Shown piece after piece: positions 12,501-23,400 of a DNA stretch of 40,431 bases (position 1 is its first letter; every line of letters starts with the position of its first letter). The position numbers were made by a program, and so were the translations under genes. This stretch comes from Nemertoderma westbladi (taxonomy: Eukaryota; Animalia; Xenacoelomorpha), in the NCBI GenBank assembly GCA_032718475.1, contig JAUCBJ010008892.1:1-40431 (forward strand), in the 5' to 3' direction. The notes under the pieces are model-generated. The model had not been told where the DNA came from. It did not search any database and saw only the letters and a program-made list of their open reading frames with translations.

Positions 12501-15500
12501 CCACTCTGTTTCTAAAGGAATGCCTGTTCACCACCATGGATGATCTTCCACAGTAAACCCTTCCACTCTGTTTCTAAAGGAATGCCTGTTCACCACCATG
12601 GATGATCTTCCACAGTAAACCCTTCCACTCTGTTTCTAAAGGAATGCCTGTTCACCACCACGGGTGATCTTCCACAGTAAACCCTTCCACTCTGTTCCCT
12701 AAAGGAATGCCTGTTCTCCACCATGGATGATCTTCCACAGTAAACCCTTCCACTCTGTTTCTAAAGGAATGCCTGTTCACCACCATGGCTGAACTTCCAC
12801 AGTAAACCCTTCCACTCTGTTTCCTAAAGGAATGTATGTTCACCACCATGGGTGATCTTCCACAGTAAACACTTCCACTCGGTTTCCTAAAGGAATGCCT
12901 GTTCACCACCACGGGTGATCTTCCACAGTAAACCCTTCCACTCTGTTCCCTAAAGGAATGCCTGTTCTCCACCATGGATGATCTTCCACAGTAAACCCTT
13001 CCACTCTGTTTCTAAAGGAATGCCTGTTCACCACCATGGCTGAACTTCCACAGTAAACCCTTCCACTCTGTTTCCTAAAGGAATGTATGTTCACCACCAT
13101 GGGTGATCTTCCACAGTAAACACTTCCACTCGGTTTCCTAAAGGAATGCCTGTTAACCACCATGGCTGAACTTCCACAGTAAACCCTTCCACTCTGTTTC
13201 TAAAGGAATGCCTGTTCACCACCACGGGTGATCTTCCACAGTAAACCCTTCCACTCTGTTCCCTAAAGGAATGCCTGTTCTCCACCATGGATGATCTTCC
13301 ACAGTAAACCCTTCCACTCTGTTTCTAAAGGAATGCCTGTTCACCACCATGGCTGAACTTCCACAGTAAACCCTTCCACTCTGTTTCCTAAAGGAATGTA
13401 TGTTCACCACCATGGGTGATCTTCCACAGTAAACACTTCCACTCGGTTTCCTAAAGGAATGCCTGTTAACCACCATGGGTGATCTTCCACAGTAAACCCT
13501 TCCACTCTGTTTCTAAAGGAATGCCTGTTCACCACCATGGCTGAACTTCCACAGTAAACCCTTCCTCTCTGTTTCCTAAAGGAATGCCTGTTCACTACCA
13601 TGGGTGAACTTCCACAGTAAACCCTTCCACTCTGTTTCTAAAGGAATGCCTGTTCACCACCATGGCTGAACTTCCACAGTGAACCCCTCCACTCTGTTTC
13701 CTAAAGGAATGCCTGTTCACCACCATGGGTGATCTTCCACAGTAAACCCTTCCACACTGTTTCCTAAAGGAATGCCTGTTCACCACCATGGGTGATCTTC
13801 CACAGTAAACCCTTCCACTCTGTTTCTAAAGGAATGCCTGTTCACCACCATGGCTGAACTTCCACAGTGAACCCCTCCACTCTGTTTCCTAAAGGAATGC
13901 CTGTTCACCACCATGGGTGATCTTCCACAGTAAACATTTCCACTCTGTTTCCTAAAGGAATGCCTGTTCACCACCATGGGTGATCTTCCACAGTAAACCC
14001 TTCCACACTGTTTCCTAAAGGAATGCCTGTTCACCACCATGGGTGATCTTCCACAGTAAACCCTTCCACTCTGTTTCTAAAGGAATGCCTGTTCACCACC
14101 ATGGCTGAACTTCCACAGTGAACCCCTCCACTCTGTTTCCTAAAGGAATGCCTGTTCACCACCATGGGTGATCTTCCACAGTAAACATTTCCACTCTGTT
14201 TCCTAAAGGAATGCCTGTTCACCACCATGGGTGATCTTCCACAGTAAACCCTTCCACACTGTTTCCTAAAGGAATGCCTGTTCACCACCATGGGTGATCT
14301 TCCACAGTAAACCCTTCCACTCTGTTTCTAAAGGAATGCCTGTTCACCACCATGGGTGATCTTCCACAGTAAACCCTTCCACTCTGTTCCCTAAAGGAAT
14401 GCCTGTTCTCCACCATGGATGATCTTCCACAGTAAACCCTTCCACACTGTTTCCTAAAAGAATGCCTGTTCACCACCATGGGTGATCTTCCACAGTAAAC
14501 CCTTCCACTCTGTTTCCTAAAGGAATGCCTGTTAACCACCATGGGTGATCTTCCACAGTAAACCCTTCCACTCTGTTTCTAAAGGAATGCCTGTTCACCA
14601 CCATGGCTGAACTTCCACAGTAAACCCTTCCACTCTGTTTCCTAAAGGAATGTATGTTCACCACCATGGGTGATCTTCCACAGTAAACACTTCCACTCTG
14701 TTTCCTAAAGGAATGCCTGTTAACCACCATGGGTGATCTTCCACAGTAAACCCTTCCACTCTGTTTCTAAAGGAATGCCTGTTCACCACCATGGCTGAAC
14801 TTCCACAGTAAACCCTTCCTCTCTGTTTCCTAAAGGAATGCCTGTTCACTACCATGGGTGAACTTCCACAGTAAACCCCTCCACTCTGTTTCTAAAGGAA
14901 TGCCTGTTCACCACCATGGCTGAACTTCCACAGTAAACCCTTCCACTCTGTTTCTAAAGGAATGCCTGTTCACCACCATGGCTGAACTTCCACAGTGAAC
15001 CCTTCCACTCTGTTCCCTGAAGGAATACCTGTTCACCACCATGGGTGATCTTCCACAGTAAACCCTTCCACTCTGTTTCCTAAAGGAATGTATGTTCACC
15101 ACCATGGGTGATCTTTCACAGTAAACCCTTCCACTCTGTTTCCTAAAGGAATGTATGTTCACCACCATGGGTGATCTTCCACAGTAAACCCTTCCACTCT
15201 GCTTCTAAAGGAATGCCTGTTCACCACCATGGCTGAACTTCCACAGTTAACCCTTCTACTCTGTTCCCTGAAGGAATACCTGTTCACCACCATGGGTGAT
15301 CTCCCACAGTAAACCCTTCCACTCTGTTTCCTAAAGGAATCCCTGTTCACCACCATGGGTGATCTCCCACAGTAAACCCTTCCACTCTGTTTCCTAAAGG
15401 AATCCCTGTTCACCACCATGGGTGATCTTCCACAGTAAACCCTTCCACTTTGTCTCCAAGGAATGCATGTTCACCACCATGGGTGATCTTCCACAGTAAA

Positions 15501-18151
15501 CCCTTCCACTCTGTTTCCTAAAGGAATGCCTGTTAACCACCATGGGTGATCTTCCACAGTAAACCCTTCCACTCTGTTTCTAAAGGAATGCCTGTTCACC
15601 ACCATGGCTGAACTTCCACAGTAAACCCTTCCACTCTGTTTCCTAAAGGAATGTATGTTCACCACCATGGGTGATCTTCCACAGTAAACACTTCCACTCT
15701 GTTTCCTAAAGGAATGCCTGTTAACCACCATGGGTGATCTTCCACAGTAAACCCTTCCACTCTGTTTCTAAAGGAATGCCTGTTCACCACCATGGCTGAA
15801 CTTCCACAGTAAACCCTTCCTCTCTGTTTCCTAAAGGAATGCCTGTTCACTACCATGGGTGAACTTCCACAGTAAACCCCTCCACTCTGTTTCTAAAGGA
15901 ATGCCTGTTCACCACCATGGCTGAACTTCCACAGTAAACCCTTCCACTCTGTTTCTAAAGGAATGCCTGTTCACCACCATGGCTGAACTTCCACAGTGAA
16001 CCCTTCCACTCTGTTCCCTGAAGGAATACCTGTTCACCACCATGGGTGATCTTCCACAGTAAACCCTTCCACTCTGTTTCCTAAAGGAATGTATGTTCAC
16101 CACCATGGGTGATCTTTCACAGTAAACCCTTCCACTCTGTTTCCTAAAGGAATGTATGTTCACCACCATGGGTGATCTTCCACAGTAAACCCTTCCACTC
16201 TGTTTCTAAAGGAATGCCTGTTCACCACCATGGCTGAACTTCCACAGTGAACCCTTCCACTCTGTTCCCTGAAGGAATACCTGTTCACCACCATGGGTGA
16301 TCTCCCACAGTAAACCCTTCCACTCTGTTTCCTAAAGGAATCCCTGTTCACCACCATGGGTGATCTCCCACAGTAAACCCTTCCACTCTGTTTCCTAAAG
16401 GAATCCCTGTTCACCACCATGGGTGATCTTCCACAGTAAACCCTTCCACTTTGTCTCCAAGGAATGCCTGTTCACCACCATGGGTGATCTTCCACAGTAA
16501 ACCCTTCCACATTGTTTCCTAAAGGAATGTCTGTTCACCACCATGGATGATCTTCCACAGTAAACCCTTCCACTCTGTTTCCTAAAGGAATGCGTGTTCA
16601 CCACCATGGGTGAACTTCCACAGTGAACCCTTCCACTCTGTTCCCTGAAGGAATACCTGTTCTCCACCATGGGTGATCTCCCACAGTAAACCCTTCCACT
16701 CTGTTTCTAAAGGAATGCCTGTTCACCACCATGGGTGATCTTCAACAGTAAACCCTTCCACTCTGTTCCCTAAAGGAATGCCTGTTCTCCACCATGGATG
16801 ATCTTCCACAGTAAACCCTTCCACACTGTTTCCTAAAAGAATGCCTGTTCACCACCATGGGTGATCTTCCACAGTAAACCCTTCCACTCTGTTTCCTAAA
16901 GGAATGCCTGTTAACCACCATGGGTGATCTTCCACAGTAAACCCTTCCACTCTGTTTCTAAAGGAATGCCTGTTCACCACCATGGCTGAACTTCCACAGT
17001 AAACCCTTCCACTCTGTTTCCTAAAGGAATGTATGTTCACCACCATGGGTGATCTTCCACAGTAAACACTTCCACTCTGTTTCCTAAAGGAATGCCTGTT
17101 AACCACCATGGGTGATCTTCCACAGTAAACCCTTCCACTCTGTTTCTAAAGGAATGTCTGTTCACCACCATGGCTGAACTTCCACAGTAAACCCTTCCTC
17201 TCTGTTTCCTAAAGGAATGCCTGTTCACCACCATGGCTGAACTTCCACAGTGAACCCTACCACTCTGTTCCCTGAAAGAATACCTGTTCACCACCATGGG
17301 TGATCTTCCACAGTAAACCCTTCCACTCTGTTTCCTAAAGGAATGCCTGTTCTCCACCATGGGTGAACTTCCACAGTAAACCCCTCCACTCTGTTTCTAA
17401 AGGAATGCCTGTTCACCACCATGGCTGAACTTCCACAGTAAACCCTTCCACTCTGTTTCTAAAGGAATGCCTGTTCACCACCATGGCTGAACTTCCACAG
17501 TGAACCCTACCACTCTGTTCCCTGAAGGAATACCTGTTCACCACCATGGGTGATCTTCCACAGTAAACCCTTCCACTCTGTTTCCTAAAGGAATGTATGT
17601 TCACCACCATGGGTGATCTTTCACAGTAAACCCTTCCACATTGTTTCCTAAAGGAATGCCTGTTCACCACCATGGCTGAACTTCCACAGTGAACCCTTCC
17701 ACTCTGTTCCCTGAAGGAATCCCTGTTCACCACCATGGGTGATCTCCCACAGTAAACCCTTCCACTCTGTTTCCTAAAGGAATCCCTGATCACCACCATG
17801 GGTGATCTTCCACAGTAAACCCTTCCACTTTGTCTCCAAGGAATGCCTGTTCACCACCATGGGTGATCTTCCACAGTAAACCCTTCAACATTGTTTCCTA
17901 AAGGAATGCCTGTTCACAACCATGGCTGAACTTCCACAGTGAACCCTTCCACTCTGTTCCCTGAAGGAATACCTGTTCACCACCATGGGTGATCTCCCAC
18001 AGTAAACCCTTCCACTCTGTTTCCTAAAGGAATCCCTGTTCACCACCATGGGTGATCTTCCACAGTAAACCCTTCCACTTTGTTTCCTAAAGGAATGCCT
18101 GTTCACCACCATGGCTGAACTTCCACAGTAAACCCTTCCACTCTGTTTCCC
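9590..18151. repeat. 62/63-bp satellite array B (~8.6 kb, ~137 monomers) with higher-order structure
   Basis: Consensus aaggaatgcctgttcaccaccatgg(a/g/c)tga(t/a)cttccacagtaaacccttccactctgttt(c)cta; near-pure 62-bp block ~10370-12270; higher-order periods of 251, 313 and 1001 bp show up as recurring ORF translations. Confidence 0.98.
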
Positions 18152-18159
18152 AAATTGTC

Positions 18160-18276
18160 TTGGTTCCATTTATCGACCAGTCAAAGATGAAAGATTGGGT
18201 TGCATCCAAGCCGGGAATTGAATACGGGCCTCCAGATTGTAAGTCCAGGAATGTCAACCACTTGGTTAATTACCTA
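18160..18276 (-). mobile_element. tRNA-derived SINE 5' head plus central block, running directly into satellite array B
   Basis: Minus strand: box A-like TAACCAAGTGG (18268-18258), box B-like TATTCAATTCC (18224-18214), then caacccaatctttcatctttgactggtcgataaatggaacca, which from memory resembles the central conserved block of metazoan tRNA-SINEs. Confidence 0.6.
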
Positions 18277-18281
18277 CCAAT

Positions 18282-20281
18282 GGGTGATTCTCACCGAAAG
18301 TGGCCAAATAGAACTGAAATATTCCTGAAATTTCAACTCCATTGAAACCATACAAAACTATATATATTCTGAAAGCATTTTTTAAGGAGAATTCAATGGT
18401 GACAATCTCCGAGATGTTAGATAAAATCTTAAAGAAATAATCAAGGTAAAGTATGTGTCCCGCCTGTAATGGTTTGTCCCTCCATGTAATACGAATTTTT
18501 AGGCTGTAAATTGTCCCTGTAATGCGATGTCCCAGCCCTGTAACAATATATTCATATATCTCTATTGGTAGGCCTATCGTGTAGTGCGATGTCCCCACAT
18601 TGTAACAATATAATAGTCATGTACGTATGTATTTAGTTAATTTTCCATACATAACTTTTTAGTAAGTTTTCCGAGAAAGATAAGTTTTGTCAAAATTGTG
18701 TATTATTTTTAAAAATTCATATAATCGACCACAGAAAAGAAACCAAAACCAGACAATTCCAAACTATTCGTAAGCTGCTACAATAGCCTAGAATCAGTTT
18801 AGAATCTTCTGACTTTGGCGCCTATTCTCTGTTAATCTTGTTAATCTATTCTTCACTCTTGTCTGCAATCCGGTGTTGGACTGCCACTTTGACGTTGAAC
18901 CCCCTGATGAGGTGGTTGAAGACATCGCGATCGTTCGGGTTTCAGCCAATTGTTTACTCTTAGCCCTGTATGCTTGTTTCCGTATACGCTCCTTTTCACG
19001 TTTATTAGCAGCCTTGAACTCGTCAATAGTTCGTTCTCTGCGAGTATGTACCCCTGACATATTCTTTCTCCTATTATATCTTGCTCGCTCCTTGGTGCGT
19101 TCAGCTTCGCGGAATTCTTCATGACGTCCCTCCGATTTTATTCGTTCTCGGAATCGTTTGACACGCTCTCGATTTTCTTTTCTTTTCTTATCCTGATCAC
19201 GTTTCATTGCTTCGATTTTATTATCATCACGTTTCCGAGATTTTTCCGTTCGCTTCCACTCATCTTGCTTCTTTCGTGTTTTCATTTTGTAAATTTAACG
19301 GACCAAAATTAGTCTATGTTAGTAGAATGGTACGGTGTAAGTTAATTAAAACAGAAAAGTTAAGTCCTGAAATTAAATGACCAAATACAGATGCTTTTCA
19401 AATTTCCCACCAATTATTGTGCCATAGAATCAATACTAAATTTGCCATTACAGAGAAGGGACAGTCCCTCATTGTAATGGTATCTCGCACACGTAATTTG
19501 TGGGACAATTACAGGGCCATTACATGGAGGGACAAATTGATCTTGATATTGAATGTGTAGGGAGCACACTTTAATATTGAAGTTGGAAGTAACAATGGCT
19601 GTATTGCCCATGTTTTAATCTGCTATAATAACTTTACTTTGTTAATTCAAAATGTTACATGCAAATTTATATGCAGAATTAGTAATGGAAAACATGGGAC
19701 AAAACATCTTGAACATACCGGGTTTGTCACATATAGATGTTAAAATCTCGGCAACTACTGGATCGTTTTCAATAAGGTTTTTTTTATTGTGTTCTGTAAT
19801 AATTGAGGCTGGATTTGCGCATCATCATACCGACTGATAACTTCTTATAGCTTCTTTCGAACCTCTATTGAACATTTGGGACATTACAGGGGTCATATTG
19901 AAATTTAATAATATTTTATGCTGTTACTGGAACGGAAGTATTTGTATCCTCCAAAAACTGATCTGAGAATGTAGGAAATTTTTCAAGCTTCCGAATGATA
20001 TATAGTTTATACACCAAGGACCGTAATGGGGACATTCTACTGTTCTCTAAATGTTATGCAAATTCTCTAAAAAAGTGTTAAAAATGCTATTTTTTAGCGT
20101 TTGACAGAGAAATATGGTAATATGCAGGGATTTTTCAACCCTGAAAACATGATGAGCAGAATTTTCAGGCCTAGTTTCATATATAAAACATTTTACCGTT
20201 TAAAAATTCATCAATCTAAACAGAACTTACGTTCCGGACAATTTCTAAGTCGGTTTTGGCCACTTTTGTTGAGAATGACCC
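18282..20281 (-). mobile_element. Non-autonomous Sola2-like DNA transposon (2000 bp)
   Basis: Imperfect TIRs GGGTGATTCTCACCGAAAGTGGCCAAA (left) vs GGGTCATTCTCAACAAAAGTGGCCAAA (right, reverse complement); 4-bp TSD CAAT at 18278-18281 and 20282-20285. GRG termini plus a 4-bp TSD are the Sola2 signature. Confidence 0.75.
18794..19285 (-). pseudogene. Highly charged R/K/E-rich ORF; probable truncated N-terminus of the element's transposase
   Basis: 163 aa, helical and basic (NRERVKRFRERIK, KREKERIRKQAYRAK), lies inside the TIR-bounded element; no DDD catalytic region follows. Confidence 0.5.
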
Positions 20282-20443
20282 CAATGTAAATATTATGACC
20301 CCAACTTCAATTTTACACAAAATGAATAGATATCATCCGTGTGTTAATCTTCAAGGTTACTACATGTGTACATGATTATACAAATTCAGGCGATATTTAA
20401 GCAAAAATTGCTTTAGAAATTCTTCTATCATTAGAATTCATCA

Positions 20444-23400
20444 TTAATTCGAAATCATTCCTTGGGAATGTAAATAGGCGACCAAATTATTGTTATTGCG
20501 GTAGTTTATGAGAAATTGGTAATAGCACAAAATAAAAAAACACATAAAAAAAACAAAATTAATCCCAATCAGGCCAATCGAAATATGATTTATATTGTTC
20601 CTTGTTATCTGGGTTTTACCAATATTGTCATCATTGTCAACTAGGTCTACATCTTCATTATCCACTATGTCATCCATTACGCAGTCAATTACAGTAACCA
20701 TTTCCTCATCAGCGATCATTTTTTCATGTTCTTGACCACTGCTACTAGATATAGTATCAATTCCAGTAACCATTGGCTCATCTGAGACCATTTCTTCAGA
20801 ATGTTTTTCATCACTGTTACTAGATATCATAATATCATTAAGTCCAGACTCATCAGTAGTGGGTGGAATGTCATTAGGTCCAATTCCAGCAGAGGGTTCA
20901 GACCTCAACAGCTTGTAATTTTCTTCCAGAACTTCCCAGAATCGAGTTCCCTGTGTTTCAGACCCGTGTTTCATCTCTTCGGGATAGACTCGCGCTTTGA
21001 TATGTGGGTTGAGAAAGGATAAATGAGGCAACATTTGCCAGGTGGAGATGTAAGGTATATTCTCTTGCACTCCAATTCGTATAAACTTGAGCTCTCTTGA
21101 GTAGAGGTCGCGTATTCTCTTCCAAGTCACATTGAAACATTCAACTGAAATAGTTATAATTTCAACAGGATAATTAACCAATTCTGTAGCAGTATATAAT
21201 AGTTATATATATTATAATAAATATGATCACCAAGTTAATAATCATTTCGGCTTATATCTCGTCTCGGCGTTTGTGAATGTTTGATATAAAAATTAAGGGA
21301 AAGGATCTGATTACATGGGATTTATGTACTAACGAAAACAATTAGGGAGAGTCAATAACACAGGTTTGCGTTTCATTTCTGCCAGAAATCAGCTTTTATT
21401 TTCGTCGATTTTCCCCTGGTGAGAGATGAAATTGTTTGCATCAATGGAATAATGATAATAATTTCTATTATTTTTTTTTCTCGTGGAATTTTATTTACTC
21501 GCGCTGGGGAGTTTAATAAAGAGTCGAGATTTGAAAAAAAGTTCAACTTTTTTCCCCATGTCATGCGTAATTTAATTCTTAAATTCATGGTACTTCTTTT
21601 GTTGTTCCAGTTTACATGAGCTTCTTAATACACTGGTGTCATGTTGCTTGAAGTTTGAAACACAACTAGTTCAACTCACCGATGTTGTTTGTTACCATGA
21701 AGCCGCAATTTTAGATTTTGAAAAAAGTTTTTAAGTGTCTTAAAAAACGGTATTTTGAGAAATCGCAGCCTTCACATTAGTCGTAATTTTTTCATATTAC
21801 TAGAAAGCTTTTGTTAAAAGGATTCCAAACATGTAAACAATGTTTGAATTTATCGAATTTCGTTTGAATTATCGTCGAATACCTAAGATATATGCGTTCA
21901 AAGATTGCAATAAGTTCGCTGAAAGCCATTTATTATATTTAATAGAAATATTTATGACGAGTAAGGGTCTTGAGCTTAAGTTCCATTTTTCAATAATTTT
22001 GCGCAATCCCAACCTAATTTCGTAGTTTTGGTGGCAATCGGAAGCCAAAAAATGAACTTAAATTTTGGTTTGGGTATGGCATTTTTTAGTTGCTATGGAA
22101 ACTTAATGTTGCTATATAAATAAAACTGCACATATTAGTGAATTAATGAAACATATAGTGCTAGTGGGTTAAAAGAGTTTAATATTGGGTAAGTTTACTA
22201 CTACTACTACTACTACTACTTTTACTACTACTTTGAAGTAATTTAATTTATTTAATTATAATAATTGACTACTAATACACTTCATGTCCTCCTCCAATAT
22301 GCTGGACGTGATCCAGTCTTCTGGGCATCTCATTGATCTGCACATCTCAGATGTTCGGTGATCGTGGTGGCCACTTTACATGACCATCTCGACCGATCCA
22401 TCGTCCTGAACGTTTTCGATCAGAAACTCTCTTATCAGTAAGTCCCAGTGGGGCCATTTAGCAAATCTAGTCATCTAGGTAAGAAAATCTTTATTTCCAA
22501 TAATCCAATATTCCAATTATCCAAATCCAATATTTTTGTAACAAATTCACATTTAAAACACACTTAAAGATACAGATATATGATTTTGTCTAGAATAACT
22601 AAATTTAGATTGTTTCCATGACTTCACTAATACTTCATTTAGATCAATAATTAAAATTTTTGTCTCATATTCAACATCTCCCGTATAAATTATCTGAGGA
22701 CATTTCATACTATTTTTCAGAATAATATGTATGTTACCATAGCAACTAAAATAATCCATACCCAAACCAAAGTTTAAGTTTATCTTTTGGCTTCAAATTG
22801 CCACCAAAACTAGGAAATTAGGTTGACATGGCGTAAAGTTATTAAAAAACAAAAACGTGTCAAATTTTGTGGAACACCCTGAATTATAATATATATGCAT
22901 ACCGTTGTTGCCAACCAAACTCATAAAATAAATAACACATTCTAGCTATTAATTAAATATAATAAATGGCCTGCAGCGAACGATAATTCTTGCAATCTTT
23001 GAACGCCTATTTTATCAGCTGTTTCTCAACAATAATTCAGATATTGTTACATATTTGGAATCCTGGCAACGCAAACTTTCTATTGATATGAAAGTCCACG
23101 ATACGGAGGCAGGGTACGATTTCGCAACTTTTTCAAACACATTTTTTTAAAACGCTTATAGGCTAATTAAATTAAAGGCAAAACCTAAAATTCCGGCTTC
23201 ATGGTAACAACCACGGTGAGTTGAACTAGTTGTGTTTCAAATTTCAAGCAATGTGATAAAGATGTGTAGAAAAAGTGGGGGTGGGAGGGGGGGTCATCAG
23301 AATATTCCACAATATTAAGGGTCATGGTGCAGTATCAGTTATATATATATATATATTAATAAACTAATTGATTATTATTAATAAAGCAATTTGTATATTA

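Noticed and set aside
9583-18169. Dozens of minus-strand ORFs (MVVNRHSFRKQSGRVYCGRS...), also at 2098-2952
   Set aside because: Artefact of a 63-bp (21-codon) stop-free monomer; frequent 62-bp monomers shift the frame, so there is no sign of coding constraint.
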